From: the human T2T-CHM13v2.0 reference genome, Homo sapiens | Reading direction: 5' to 3' (one strand) | Assembly: GCF_009914755.1 (NCBI RefSeq) | Contig: NC_060932.1 | DNA: 64,000 nt | Shown here: positions 18,506-36,931 of the stretch, piece after piece | Numbering within the stretch: position 1 is the stretch's first letter | Layout of the letters: each line of letters starts with the position of its first letter | Program-made: the position numbers and the translations under genes | The notes under the pieces: model-generated | What the model saw: the letters and a program-made list of their open reading frames with translations, nothing else | Database searches by the model: none | What the model was told of the DNA's origin: nothing

Positions 18506-18822
18506 ACTTGCAACTTATGTTTCCCTTTTAATCACAAAGCTGAAGAATAGACAACTATACGACCTATCATGAAGCAGGAAGAAAAAAATCATCGACATTT
18601 TTGACCATGCAAATGAGCATTTTTTTTCTGCAGAATAAACTAAGGCTAACAAAAAAGACAAAAACAACTGATCATTTGTATGAAAACCTAATTATTTGGT
18701 GGATTTTTCAAAAGGTGGTCAGCTAATTATGTGGTATCATCTGGACCAATGTTTTCTAGGCAAGCCTAGATGGTCAACTTTTGAGAGAGTTTATAATAAA
18801 GTTTGATTTGTTTATGCATACA
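18506..18822 (+). other. Candidate non-coding terminal exon (lncRNA)
   Basis: Acceptor tttttccattttcag at 18491-18505 with upstream ctgac/ttgac branch-like motifs; unique non-repeat sequence; AATAAA at 18795-18800; no long ORF. No transcript evidence available. Confidence 0.4.
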
Positions 18823-20171
18823 AATTCATTCAGTGAACAGGAGATTTTTTTAAAAAAAGTTATATTCTTTATTTCAAATGTGTGAATAAAAAGAAAAAGA
18901 GGAAAAAGTGAAAAAGGGGAACCCAAAACAGGAAAAATTAAAAGAGAAAGATTTAAAATGGGTGGTGCACATATGACCCTTTTCTTCTGCTTGGCCACAT
19001 CTACGGTTAATACTATTTTTCTTTTTGGTGAATAGATTTGACATCTTACATCTGCAGTGCTTCTCTGGAGTGAGTTACTTCTATGATCCAGTTAGGACCT
19101 ACGTAAAACAGATACTGTTTCTTTACAAAATGATAGAATGAGAAGAGGAGAATGAGATATCATCGGTCCTGAGGAAATGAGACTCAAGTTTTCCGAGAAG
19201 AGGATCCCAGGAAATTAAACTCAACTCAAAATAAGTTTATCTGCTGTTCACAGTCACAAGTTTTGTTGGCAGTTCTTAACTCTTGGCACCATTCAAAGTT
19301 TTGTCAATCGTGAGACAACTCATTGTTAACCTCTCAGCGCCTTCTACAAGTGTAATGTATGGTACTGTCCTGCTGCCTTCTAGCAGCTGCTGCCATGCTC
19401 CCAGGAAGTCTTCCAAGTTCCTCAGAGTTACACTAGGGAAATAAACCTAGGATTAGAAAAACACTGTGACCCTCCAGAAGCCTGTGAGCTCTTTAATGCC
19501 AGAGGCCTGATATTTAATCCAATAGTATTCTGAAATATTCTAAGGATATAGGGAGTGAGAATGGGGAGTAAGAGGTGTGTATATTTAAGAAAGCATCTGG
19601 AAAAGCATCTTAATTTAGAAAATGGAGCGTCTTGAAGAAATGTAAAATATCTCAGCTCTAATTTCCAAAATAAGATCAGAGATGATATAATTTGACTCAC
19701 AAATATGATAGACATATACAAGTTCAGTTTCATATTCCCAAGTTAGGGTCAGAAAATAGATATTTTTTGTTTTTTTTTTTTCACAGTAATCAATATAATA
19801 TTTTAATGCCATTTTTGAAAAAATAAAAATTTATACACCCTCAAAACACGATTAATAAAATATCAAAATTTGAGATAAAGACAGGCTATCAGTTAAGCTA
19901 TGTTAGAGCCAGAGAATAGATTTGATGGCATGGAAAGGAAAAAAAAAAAGAATTCAGTGACCAAGAAAGACGAAGTGGAATAGAGAGGAAGAAAGGAGGA
20001 GGGGATATATTAAAAGAGAGAAATGGAGAACAAAGGAGAAAAGTGTCAGCTCAGTATGTTTTGAGGTGAATGTTTGTTGACTTATTTGGGTTGCATTGAG
20101 TTATCTGATCTTGACTATGTTAATTAGTTGATTAGTCATTGCCCACAACTTTTACTTCTTAAACTTAAACC

Positions 20172-20343
20172 TATGGCTCTCAGCCCTAAGTACACATTGC
20201 AACCACATGCAAGTTTAAAAAATACCGATGTTTGAATCTCACCCCAGAGATTCTCTTTTATTTGATCTGGGTACAGTCTGCAATTGTGGTTTTTAAAAGC
20301 TTCCCAGATGAATCTAATGTGTAGCCAAGGCTGCAGTCACTGC
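20172..20343. mobile_element. MER5A-like hAT-Charlie fossil
   Basis: ccccagagattct...tttaaaagcttcccagatgaatctaatgtgtagccaagg motif. Confidence 0.7.
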
Positions 20344-20437
20344 CGTGAGGCTCCCATGATTAACAAAACCAGGGCACTTTCCTCCACTATAAGGAATGGA
20401 CATCACCCCTGGAACATGATACCCACACGTATATTAG

Positions 20438-20620
20438 ACCTGTGGTTCTCAAAACAAGATGTGCATTGGTACCACCTATGGACCTTTTCAAAAATACCAA
20501 TTTCGGATCCCCATATCAGTGATTCTGATACAGTAGGTTTTAAGGTTTTGCCTGAGTATTTGTGTTTTGAAAACTCTTCATGGATGACTCTGATGTAAAA
20601 CAAAAGTATAAAATCATTGA
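20438..20620. mobile_element. MER5B-like hAT-Charlie fossil
   Basis: gtggttctcaaa...gattctgatacagtagg...gatgactctgatgt motif. Confidence 0.6.
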
Positions 20621-20710
20621 GTTAGATGTTTAATCTTCAATTCACTCATGAATTGGGAGTCAGGAAACTATCAGAAAAAAAAAAGACTCACAAAAGTATC
20701 CAAGAAATAT

Positions 20711-21035
20711 ATATTAGCTTGCTAAGGCAGCCATAACAAAATAAGGATACCACAGCATACACAATCGAGATGTATTGTCAAACAGTTCTGGAGGACAGAA
20801 GTCCAAGAGCAAGGTGGATTTTTTGAGGATGATGAGGGACCATCTGTTCCATTCCTATCCCTAGTTTCTGGTGGTTTTCTAGCAATCTTTCGCATTCCTT
20901 TGTTTGTAGATCTCCACCTTCATCTTCTCCTGGTGGTCTCCCTATGTGCACGTGTGTGTCCAAATTCCCTTTTTTATAAGAACAACCTAACTGGGTTAGA
21001 GCCTCAGCATAAATTTTAGAAGGACACATTTCAAT
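20711..21035 (-). mobile_element. MLT1 solo LTR
   Basis: tattagcttgctaaggcagccataacaaa...acagttctggaggacagaagtccaag...ggacacatttca. Confidence 0.8.
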
Positions 21036-24000
21036 AAAGCATCAGATGTCTTCTTTTAAAAAAAAATATATATATATATAATGGTATTGGTAGTACCTGC
21101 ATTGTAAATTTCCAAAGAATTAGAATTCGATATTAAGTAAATAATGCATTGTCCTGAGTTGTCCTGAACCTAATATAATTCTTATTTGAAATCTTAAATA
21201 CTTTGACAGCAGAAATTGGATTGTATAGTTAATCTATTGACCATTCTAATCAGATAAAATGACATTTATGACACTTTGCAATTGCTTCTCTATTTGCAAA
21301 GCATCAGTGAGGATTTCATAACACTGGCTTAGAGATACTTTCAAACGAAGATGGATGATGATACAACAGTGTTATGCAAAAAAAAAAAATCAATCTTTGC
21401 CTAATAAAAAGTTTCTACTACGCTTGAGTTCTTTTCCAGACTTGTGATAAATTTTGTAGAAAAATCCCTAACACTGGGAGTAACAGATATTCTTTGTGAT
21501 TTCTTCAGTTATCAAGCTCATTTTGGCTCATATTTTCTTTATTGACCCAATTATTTTTAACAGCTAAGAGTAAGTCTCAGGTCATACAGTTATCTGACAT
21601 AGTGAGACTTGGCCTTAATAGTCTGCAAAACACCTAGCTAATTAAAATAAAATATGGAACATTCTTTTTTCTACCCTACAATTTCTGACTACAAATGTAT
21701 TTTTTTTTCTTTTGCAAAAGTTGAGAGCCCATCAACTTGTCTAGCTAGCATAAAGTCTGAAAAAACTCATTCAAAACAATTTCAGGGTATCAACATTTCA
21801 CGACTTTTCTGGTGTAAAATAGGAAAATAACATCACCTATTCAGCACAGAAGAGAATCTAATTCTAGCATGTTCAAATGTAAACAAATCAATTAAATTTG
21901 AAACAAATGAGGAAGCATTGAAAGTGCTTCTGATTTCTTTTGGGTCTGGGAGACAGGGAGAGCTAAGGGAGAAATCATGTGTGAAACTGAGCTATTTTCA
22001 TGACGGTTTCACTAAAAACTGTCATCATTTGTTCACGTGAACAAGGATATTATAGTAAGAGGCCTTAGAAATTGAAGAAATAAAGAGGCTTGAGCCAAAA
22101 CACTAAACTGTGGGATTTGAATTTGTTCTGTTTTTTCACAATTTCTCTTTGGAGACCTTGCTTTAATGTGGAATTCTATCTTAAATTCTAAGCATTCTAG
22201 CTCCCTGAAGTGATTCCATATTTTGTAAGATAGGGAACAAGGGCTATGTGTGTATGAGAGGATGTGTGTGTGTATGTCCAGAATTTTTGGATTGTGTGAA
22301 CATTGCCTTTCCTCTCTCTGATATACAAAAGCAGCATAGTTTACATGCAATATTTACCATCTAGAGAGAAATAAACCCAAAATTGAGGGGACGTTTTGGC
22401 TGAGAGCCTCAGTTGGGATGTGGAAAGCAAACAGAATAAGGTTAGTTGAAGGTTAAGCTGTGTTGTATTGATGTAGTAATGTTGTCTTTAGAACAAATTA
22501 GCTCACTGGGACTTGGTGACACAGTGCAGTATTAAACCCTTCGTTACAAAAAGAACATGTGCAGATTTTTTTCTAGCTTGAAAAATGCCAGTGAAAAATT
22601 ACACAAAGATCAAGCTTTAAAAATGTTTACTTTGCAGAAAATCATTTAAAAATGGAATCTCAATTTTGTTGGCAGCTCAGTTTTTTAAAAGGGCTATTTA
22701 TTCTAGACTCCTGCAGCATATGGTTTATTGCAGTTTATATGGTGTATTGGAACTGCGTGAACTTGGGCACCTTAGGGAATGTTTGTTTTTATTTTTTTAA
22801 AGGTGGTTGGACTGAAATCCAGTATGAATCATATAAGAGAGATTTAGAAGCACGTGAAGATAAATGTTTCCCATGTGACACAGAGCAGCACATCTGGAAG
22901 GTGATCCTATATAAATAAATAATCTGAAAAGACCATGGTTTTCAAAGATATCAGTAAAGAATAGCATTGTGTGTTCCTTTCTTAATTTGGGAGGGAAATG
23001 CAGTTCTCATATTAAAAAAGATAGTATCTTTTCTCTTGCAAATTTCTGCAAGCTGTTTGGTTGTAGAAATGGGCACTGCTATTCTGCTAGATTCTTTTGG
23101 TTTAAAAAATGAGTGAGACACACTTCTTGTCCTAAATATTTCTTAGGTTAATCCTTGATAAGTTTATTTTTTAAGCATATGATTTCCATGCATGTCAACT
23201 GATGACTTCAACATAATTATATCTATTAAGATAGTACTGATAGAAAGATTTCTTTTGAATCTCTACCCAATCTTGTAAAGCATTTGTCTTTTTAATCGTT
23301 TTGTATAGTTTAAAAAATTTTACATTCCCTTTTCCTCCCTTTTACCAAGAACATTTCTGTATCACTTGGTAATCTTTAAAATACAGTTTTAACTCTTACT
23401 AAAAATAGTATTGAGTGAGTAAAATAGTTCAGCTAAGGTTTGGAAAAAAAAAAAAAACTCTCGGTTCCCTTCTTAATTTTTAAAGAATATGCGTAGATTT
23501 CACTGTCATTTTAGTTCAGACACACACCCAGCGTTGTCGTTATTGTTGTTACCATTGTTGTTTTATTTTAAAAATCAACTAAATTGGGGGCTTTCCGTCC
23601 AGTGAAAAATCACACCTGTATTTTTAAAAGGATGAAATTTAATGATTTCCAAAGCACAATTTTCCCAGTCTGGCAAAGAATTTTTGAAGCACATAGCACC
23701 TTCAGAATGTATGCAAACAAGGAACTGACATTGAAGAAACTGGACAGTAGCCTTCTTTCCCTGGAACAAAATGATATTGGATACATTTGCTATATTGCCA
23801 GGTAATCGAGCTACAGCTATATTCACAGTCATTGAATACTAATTCTATCTCTCAACACCTCCTTGACCCCTTATTTCACAATACTTAGTACATAGCAGTA
23901 TGTACTAGATAATACTTTTTGAATAGATGAATGAATAGATAATGGATGAATAAATGATTAACACATATGCATGGGTTTTGCAATTGTCAATTCTTCAATA

Positions 24001-24737
24001 TTTATTACTGACATACTTTATGAAAATGAAAACACTCTTTTTAAAGTGTTTAACACAATACATTTGTTGATCCAGGGCTTACAAAAGATAAATATTTAGA
24101 AAAAATATGTAAAGATAATTAATTAGAAGAGAAGATTTTCCATGAAAGCTTCATTTTTTTTTCATAGCATATTGGTTAGCAACCTCATTCTCTCATTTAT
24201 CTGGAACTCTATCAAAGTTATTTAAGAACCTTCCAGAATTCAAAGCAGTGATCTGTCTCCTCCCCAGGGGCTCTTTTCTATTTCCTTACTTTTTCATTAA
24301 ATAATTGCAGGAAAATAAAGGGAAAAAAACCTCTTTAACCATCCTCCAAGAATATCAATATAATTAATTAATACAAAATATTTCTTTTAAATAAGCAAAA
24401 TCTACATGAAAGCCTATTATAGGTTCTTTGCCAGTGATCCTATGTTTGAGAATATCATAGAGTGAAAACTTTCATGGTGGATTATTGTATTCTATTATTT
24501 TGTTTTGAAAAGTTAAAATTAGTAGATTTGGGTCAACTATTCTAGAAACTTGATAAAAGAGCTCGTCAAAGGGAAGTTTCTTCTCTTATAAGCAGTATAA
24601 TTCCTTAAATCATACTGCCTCATAGTTCTAAGATATTTCTTGTGGCAAATAACTCAAATTTTACAACTGTATTAGTTAGCAGAATCTAAGATGACCCCTG
24701 AAAGAGTATATGATGCTGATTTCAAAATGGACTTTCT

Positions 24738-26801
<2,064 letters not shown>

Positions 26802-27156
26802 TTAACATACAGAATTTAACTTTATACATTTCTATTTTATGTATTTGCATTTGTTGGCATGATACTTTGTAATTTTACCAAAAGTTTGTTAGTGAAATGA
26901 TCTTCTTTTTTTATTATAATTGTATCTGAGAAGCTGATTTTTTATAACTTTTAGGTCTAAAGACTGAATTTAGTTGAATACTTTCCACAAAGTATTTCTT
27001 TAGTTGATTGGGGAAATTTATACTTTTCTAGTAAGCTATAGCCACTCTTGATTTGTCTGCAATGGCCTTTAATTTAATGACTATTGCCCCATTATTACTT
27101 ATCTTATATACTCCAGTTTCTTCATCAATAAGGAGACAATATAATTATCTTTTATC

Positions 27157-27453
<297 letters not shown>

Positions 27454-27648
27454 CAGTTATCATTTCATAGTGTTAGTGCAGTAAACACATTCATTCATGC
27501 TTGGCACAGTGTCTGGACACATTGTTTACATAAAGTAAATAGTGCTATTTAATATTAAAAATAAAAGTTTTACAATATGCTTCTACTTGAGAGGTGTTTT
27601 CATTAAGACACACAAAGGTAAAAGGGAGTTTTAAAAATAGAGTATTTG

Positions 27649-27986
<338 letters not shown>

Positions 27987-29021
27987 CTAGGCTGGTGCAT
28001 TCAATATTACCTTTATTTAATCTTAACCTCAACCCTTTGAGGTAGGTGTATTAGCCAGGATAGGCTAGCAGAAATACCTAGCTCATCACAGTGTCTCAGT
28101 GATTCAACATTATGCGTGTTTCCTTCTCATTAACCTCACAGTCCGATGCAGATCAGCAGGGAGACCATTTCACTTAGGGGACCAGGCTCTTGCTGTACAG
28201 TGGCTCTGTCATCTTCTAGGGCTTCACAGTCCTCAAATTATCTTTATTATTTCCAGGGAGTAGACAGAAAAGAGAGGGCCAGAGTAGAGGACAGTGCGGG
28301 ATTCAAACCCAGGGTCAAAATCAAAACTATTCTGCATAACACTATAATTTTGCTATCTTTTAAACTCTACTATCTATTCCTCTCTGTAGCTCTACCATTT
28401 CACATTAAGCATTTGTTCATGGAATTATTCATGCAACAAATATTTACAGCAAAATCTCCACCCTTGGTTCAAAGAGTTCATGTGAGCTGAATGAAAGATA
28501 TGTTAAATTTACTAACATAGGCAGTTACTGCTTGCTTATAGATATTATACAGACAAATAAAACCCACAAACAGATACTATATGTTGGCAGCTTCCTTTTT
28601 TGAGGAAACAGGAAATATTTAAATGGTAAGATTTCTGATGCTTAATGGTAGTTATTAAATCAAAAAATGTTTTCTCTTAAAATGAGTGGACCTGCTAAAA
28701 TAGAGTGTTGGATAGAAAGTACAGGAGAGAGATTGATTGGACTAGAGTCGTACATTTGGGATTATACATTTATAGATTATTGATAAAACCAAGAAACCAG
28801 GTTCTCTCTGCCTATAAGAAGGTTTCAAAGAAGAAGAGAGATCAGAACTCCAGAGAATATCAAAATTTATGGTGCAAATAAATAGCTTCTGAATTAACCC
28901 TACCTTAAGTGAATGTCAATGTTTTATGAATATTTAGATTCCCCAGTTCTCTTCTCCATAGAACCTAATGCCCTTAATTTTCTATTGCAAAATGTTGACT
29001 TAGATGCTAATTCTGTGCCTC

Positions 29022-29167
29022 TTTTTTTTTTTTTTTTTTTTTTTTTGTTATGAGACAGGGTCTTGCTGTGTTGCCCAGGCTGGTCTTGAACTCCTGGGCT
29101 CAAGCAATTGTCCTGCTTTGGCCTCCCAGCATGCTGGGATTACAAGTGTGAGCCACCACTCTTGGCC
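29022..29167 (-). mobile_element. FLAM/Alu left monomer
   Basis: PolyT followed by a single antisense monomer. Confidence 0.85.
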
Positions 29168-29599
29168 TGTGTGACATTTTTTAATAATCAAAGTAAAGTT
29201 GTGTGATTACCAAAGTTTCACTCTTACTCTTTCATTTATATCACTTGTTAGAAAACCACAAGTAATTTTGTTATCACATTAGTAATAATGTTATTTTTGA
29301 ACCGTTGATAGTTTATTAATTCTTAATTGTAGGTCCAACTCTGCATTTGAAAATACATCCCCACACAGAATGTGTTTCACTCCTTCAAATAACAAAGCAG
29401 AAGATTATAAAAGTAACAGATGAGAGAGTTTAATTATTAACTTTAACATAAAAACTCTAAAATCACTGAGATGAAGCAGAGAACAATATACAAAATAGCA
29501 AGTTTTGTATAAACAGTCTCTTTTGTATAGACATTCGGTTTTTGGTTACAGTTGGTCATATACATTTCAAATTATATACTGAAATATATGTATTTATTG

Positions 29600-29933
<334 letters not shown>

Positions 29934-31759
29934 TGCACATTTAATATATCTATTTTTATATAATTTTTGCATAACATAAAGGACATTCACAAAGGACTTA
30001 GAAGAGTATTTGGGATGGAAGAAGAGCAGATAAATAGCTTATGAGCAGATGCTACTGTTGCTGCTATTTTACAGAGGGTGAAATGAAAGATAAGAAAAGC
30101 TTAACAGTTTTCTCTTGTTCATACAGCTCTTACTCATTGTGCTGGGAATTGCTTTCAAGTCCTGTGACTCCAGGTGATCCTTCTTCAGCCTATCTCTAAT
30201 GACCATAATCTTTCAAGTGACTCTCTCTTTTCATACATAGACATGGTCCATTTGGGGGCAAAATTTTTTCCTGGACAAAAGATAAAACTTAAAGAACAGT
30301 TATGACTGTTTATAGGCCGTACACTGTTTATGTATGTGTTTCAGATGTGATTTTGTCTTCATAGGACATTAGATAATGTCCGAGTAATGTTGGAAATAAT
30401 TAAAGTATAAGGTTTAGTTAGCATCCAATAAATAAAAGGTTTAAACTGCAAATAGGGGTTGCATGGATTCTAATAAACCAATTTTTTAGAAATAATATGT
30501 CCCAGGTTTTAACGATCTTTCAGATTAAATTTAGACCTTCTTATAATCTTATTTCATCTAATGATTTATGAGATCACTTCCTGTTACAGCAGCCATTTCC
30601 ATAAATGGCAATATTTATGTTTCCAGTATTAAAATCACAACTCCCTTAGTCTAAAGGTACTCAAATTTAACACCAGGTTGCCAGATGAACCCCTGAAATA
30701 GCACCTGGCCACCTACCTTCATTTGTAGACCAATAAATATAGAGCCTTAAAAATGCCATCACCTTGTATGACTGCACTGAACTGTGAAACCTGGAAGAAT
30801 ACAGAAACCAGAACAGGCTGCTAAAATGAAGTCATCTTGCTAAAGGGACAATTTGTAATACAGCATTGTGCTGAAAGATCTGCAAGCCTATAGTCTAAAG
30901 TCAGTGGGTATATTTGGGCCAAAATGGATCCTGTGTGTGACAAAAACAGCATTATTCCCAACAGTTCAGGGAACTTGATGGATGTTGCTTCTCCCAACTC
31001 TGGAAAATTAAAATTGAGGCCCTGTGGAAAGGTCTATTCATGCAGCGTGTTCTGTTTTTTTAAGGAATATAATGTGTATAGAAAGAATGACCAACACATG
31101 CTTGCTGAGCATGAAGAGCTATCTCTGATTTTATTTTCCAAATTAAAAAAAAAGTAGTTTTAACAGTTTATGTTCCCCTGATCATTGAAAGAACTTTATC
31201 TCAGTTTAAACTCCAAACCGTATTTGACAATATGTTGCTTTTGGTGCAAAGATTACAATTAGATTAAATAGTATTACCCAGAAAATCTGGGTGGAATTGT
31301 TTATCTAGAACTGGATACTATGTTGACAGATATAATAGTACATCAAGCATTTTCAGGAGTTATAAATGTTTCTCCTTTTTGAATATGTAGTTTATGTTCT
31401 TATGTGTAATCTATATGATCAAAGTACAGTGGATTTTCACATTTGATTTCTTAAAATTGTCAAGCAGAAAGATGCATGTGCAAAAAAAAATCTCATTCTC
31501 AAACATTTGTCTATTCTAGATTTCCGGATGCCTAAAAATCAGACATATTTCACGTTAATTTTTAGATTAAATAATTCTTCCTTTTTGGTAACACAGAATT
31601 CATTTTCCTGAGTGGGAAGTATTTGCTCTGATAGTCTTCAGCTGCCCTCTTAGGTAAACTAAAAATAGCAAAATGAAAACTGTCGTCCCAGCTCTTCCAA
31701 ATTGGGTTATTCCTCTGGATCAGCCTCTCAGTCTGCAGAAGGAAGAGCTTGAACTGCAT

Positions 31760-31990
31760 AGTAATAGTTAATACTTACTGAGCACTTGCTATGTGTCAGG
31801 CAGCACAGCTCCACAAAGGTACTCCTTAGAGTCTCATTTAGTCTTATTTTTTCCACAAAATTGATATCCCATTTTATTGATGAGATGCAAAAAGATTAAA
31901 TAACTTGTCTAAAACTCTCACAGATAATGAGGAGTGAAGCCTGAATTGGAACCAAGGCAACTAGTCCCACAGCCCGTGCAAACTCACAAC
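31760..31990 (-). mobile_element. MIR
   Basis: tacttactgagcacttgctatgtgtcagg...cccattttattgatgag...ttaaataacttgtctaa. Confidence 0.7.
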
Positions 31991-33407
31991 TTATTCTGCC
32001 TGCCCAAAATGCTTTCTAGTTATGAAAAAAAAAAGATTTTACATTTTGTTTTTACCATAGTTTATTGTTTAAATCTTTGTTCTTGAATTAAGATTATGTC
32101 TTCCCACATCCTCCTGTAGTAAACTATTTAAAAATGAGCTTGTAAAGTAAGATCGCATTAAACCATTAAGCACTTGTAATGTTAAGTTAAAGACAGTTTC
32201 CTTTTCTTTTCTTTAGCTCTTCTGAAAACAAGAACTGACCTGCTTCCTAAACTTACAACTAAGCAAAGAGAAAGGATTTAATGGTTTTAGGGAAAAAAAA
32301 TAGTTTCTGGAAAAAATTCGTAGGAATAAAATAGCCTGTTTCCACATCTAAGCAGCAAGCTAATCAGTGAATTAATCCCTTTCTTGCAAATTGCCTAGTC
32401 CAGCATGAGGAGCTACAGAAGTCAAACATTCTGATCATTTTCAAAGCTATATCTCAGTGAAAATTCTAGCCGAATATATGCGTGTTTGCATGTGTAATTA
32501 ATTTTATAGAATAAATTCATGTGAGATAGATTAATAGTAATTTAGATGGCTCTAAGAGCTTTGAAGTACCCCAAATCACACACTCAATTAAAAACACTAC
32601 TTCAGTTGAAATAGAGTTACTGGCTGGACCTAGTTTTACTCTAAAAAAAAACAAATGATTATCCTGAACGCTGGTCCTCAAAGGCAACATCATCAGCTAT
32701 TATCTGCTGTAAAGAAAAGTTTCAAATTTGACCAAACTAACACATGTATCATATTTTTCTGCCACTTGCCACCTCTTAAGGGAGAACCCAGCCCATTTCA
32801 CAGGATGTTTAATGTGTGCTCACAAATAGATTCCATCAGCTCTCCTACGGCACCCAGGTATGTCTTCCCATTCTGCTTTACATCCTCTGATCATAGTACT
32901 TTGCAAACATGCTTATCACTTCCACTTGTCACTGCTGCCTCTGCCAGGAGACTCCCCATGCTATACAGGGTACAAAGCACACTGCCTTCAGTGCTAGTGT
33001 GACAAGCAATGCCTACCTACCATTGTTTTATGATAGCATGTTGACTCCAGGTATTCTCATTTGAGGGTACAAATCCCTTTTTCTTCATTTTCAGATGCAA
33101 GCCATGAAATGTTAAACCAGTATCCTTGAATAGCATAGTCCCTATTCCTTTCCAAAATAGCCGCTCTTCTGATTTTCAGTCTATACATCCTTGACTGTCT
33201 TTTTTTTTTTCAGTCTATTGACCTTTTCCCAAGAATTCTCCTCAGTTTTCTTTAGCTAAATAGATGACTTATGGGTACATTAGCACACCAGAAATACACA
33301 GGCAAAGACAAATGTTAGCAGTTGACACTTAATGCTTTACATATATTTGCAAAAGTGAAATTAAATCAGCAGAGGAAGCTCTGGTTTAGTTTGTTAAAAC
33401 TGCCCTT

Positions 33408-33803
<396 letters not shown>

Positions 33804-34689
33804 TCAGACCTTGGATTCGCATGCGAGTCCTCCTATGTACAAGTTATATAACTCTACGTTAGAGAGTTCACCTCTTGCTGCCCTAATTTGCTTTTCTGCA
33901 AAATGGTATTTAAAATAGTGCCTAGTTCATGCACAGAGATGTCATAAAAATATTGAAAAAAAATTGCAATCTATCTGGCATATAGTAATTACTCAACAAA
34001 TGATATGGATTTAAAACATTATTACATAATCCACATTTTAATTTTTCAGAAAAGACATCAAAAGGCAATTCAATAACTATTAATCACTCAGTATGTGGCA
34101 AGGTTCCATGATTGATATATTCACCTAAATGGTCATTTTAAAAATTTATTCCTCATAACAAAACTATGAAGTAAGCATTATTATTCTAATATATCCCTTT
34201 GGACATGCAACTTCCACATGGCAAATACCTGTTAGCTTCAATATCAGAATTGTTTTATTCCAAAGACGATTACTCTTCAGTGAAATAATTGAAAGTTTAT
34301 AGTTACTGTATTTAATATCAAATTTAGTTAAGAGACAAATAAAATGAAATAAGGTTTCAGAATTCATATCTTGATGAATTAGAAAGGACTCTTCTTAATC
34401 CCTTCTGTTTCAAAACTCATATTCCTCCCACCATTTTATCTTCTGTATTCTCCACCATAGGCACAATATACATCTCCAGAATAATGGTTAATGCCGTTCT
34501 TAAAGGAAGAAAAATAAATAGTTGTCTTTCCTTTTTTATCCCCAGGAGGTCAGCTGCCCCATGGAGGAAGCAAGATTTGTGTGCATTAGAAATAAATGAA
34601 CTGTTGGAGATAGGATCTTCTTTGTTGACAAAACAAGTCTTGAAGATAAGAGATCAAGGCTTCTAGTTAAATGGAGCAGTGACCTTATC

Positions 34690-35240
34690 AGAAATCTCAA
34701 AGCAGAAAAGTCTGTCAGAAAAACAGCATCAGATCAAGGAAACCAAGTACATGGAGCTAATTTTTGACTCTAAAGAAAGGCAAGATTATTTAATAATAAT
34801 GATAATGGCACAGTTTGTTAACTATGTGAAGAAAATCAAATATAGCTTTATCTCCATTATACAACCAAATATATTCTACATGGATTAAAATATTAAATGT
34901 AAAAGTTAATCAAACCAATAAGTCAAAAAAGAAAAAAATAGAAAAAATATCCATAAAAATTTATTGAATTACAAAATGGTCATAAAATATATTAGTTCGA
35001 AACAATGGAATAATTCATAAAGGATGACTATTATAGAGATTTTCCCGTAGAGAGTTCTAAAATTTATGTGACTCAAAAAATGCCTTATATAAAACTAATA
35101 TCAAATAAAAATTTTCAGAAAATATTTGCTTGCATAAGGCAAAAGAGCTAATAACCTTAATGTATAAAAGTTCCTTCAAACTAAGTACCATCTCAGAAGA
35201 AAAAAAATCTCAAAGTGGTAATCAAATAATAAAAATTGTA
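34690..35240 (+). mobile_element. Old L1ME-type ORF2 3' fragment
   Basis: A-rich degenerate L1 ORF2 text (ttctacatggattaaaatattaaatgtaaaa; agaaaatatttgc). Confidence 0.55.
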
Positions 35241-35258
35241 ATACCAGGTCTCGATGAC

Positions 35259-35475
<217 letters not shown>

Positions 35476-36931
35476 CAGGAAAGATACAGAAGAACTTTCC
35501 CTCCTCCAACAGCTAAGTTCAACTAAATTTCTGGACACTGTATATATTTTAACCTCCCCCACCTAAAATAAAAGAAAAAAAAGAGAAGACTTTGCAGTAT
35601 GGAGAAAAGGTAGACAAGCCAGGGACCTTGGTCTCAAAGAACAACATGGTGGTGGGTTTCCTGGGTTTTCTTTTCCATCATATATCTCAGACTTGGAGAT
35701 GAAAAATCAGCAATCCAGAAACAACATTGGATGGAGAAAAAGCTGCAATGAAAGATTGCCATCTCTAGCAAAGGAGCAGAAAAGGGGCAGACTATCAAGG
35801 CAGAAAACTTTCAGGCTGTAACTGCTCTACTCCAACCACATCCAGAAAACAAAACTAAACAAACAAACAAAAAAAACTTGTGGCCTCATTTTCACTCATG
35901 CTAACAAAGCCCAAGTGGGGAGTCTAAACTGCCACCCTCACAAAGCTGTAAATAGGTGCCCGCAATACCCCTACAGGAGTGGTGTCAGAGGACATGGAAA
36001 AGGGAGCCAAAACTTTCATTTCTGTTAGCCAGTAACAAGAGTCTACTGCAGTGTAAATGGAGACCATATGGGGAACTTGGACTTTCATGCTACCTGGCAG
36101 TGACGAGGCAGCCCTTCTTTCCCTGATGGAATGGCATCAGAGGATCCCAGTGGGAAGTGAGGACATTCACTACCACTAATTAGTAACAAGGCCACCACCA
36201 CTATGGTGTCAATAGAGATCACATGGAGAGGCAGCACAAATATCTATGCCCAGTAGTTATTAAGACCTGCTTCTCTCAGCAGAGTCAGGTGTCAGTGGAG
36301 GAGAAGTGAAGGATCTGGAAGTGAATTCTACCTTCCAGTAGAAAGCTGTGTTGAGCCACTTTTCCCCCTTTCAAAGCAGTGCCTAAAAAAGCAGCTGGAG
36401 GATAAAGTTTGAATAAGATCCAAAGACTCTTAACGTAATATGAATGTGACCAGGTTTCAATCAAAAATTGCTTGTCATACAAATAACAAGGAAAATTTCA
36501 AAAAGGATAAAAAGTAAATTCATTATATGCCAATAGTGAGAAGGCAGAGCTATTAAAATAATCTGACAGAGATTGTAGAGCAACTGTGGTAAAAATACTT
36601 CAACAATCAAAACATGCTTGAAACAAATTTAAAAAACAGAGTTTCAGCACAGATATATAAGACACAAAGAAGAACCACTGGACATTTTAGAACAGAAAAA
36701 TGTAATAACTTAAGTGAAAGCTTAATGGATGATATCAACAGCAGAATAGAAGAGACAGAAGAAGAAAACAGGTAGCTTTAAGATAGAAGAAGAAAAATCA
36801 CATAATCTAAACAACAGAGAGGATAAAGGAAAAGAAAATGAACAGAGCCTCCAAGATCTGTGGACTATAACAAAATATCTAGCAAAGACCTGGAAGAAGA
36901 GAAATAGAGTGGGTCTAAAAATGTGCTCCAA

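Noticed and set aside
23584-23805. Coding exon (73-aa ORF, AG at 23629-23630, GT at 23802)
   Set aside because: Weak acceptor, no recognisable domain and no partner coding exons; cannot be supported.
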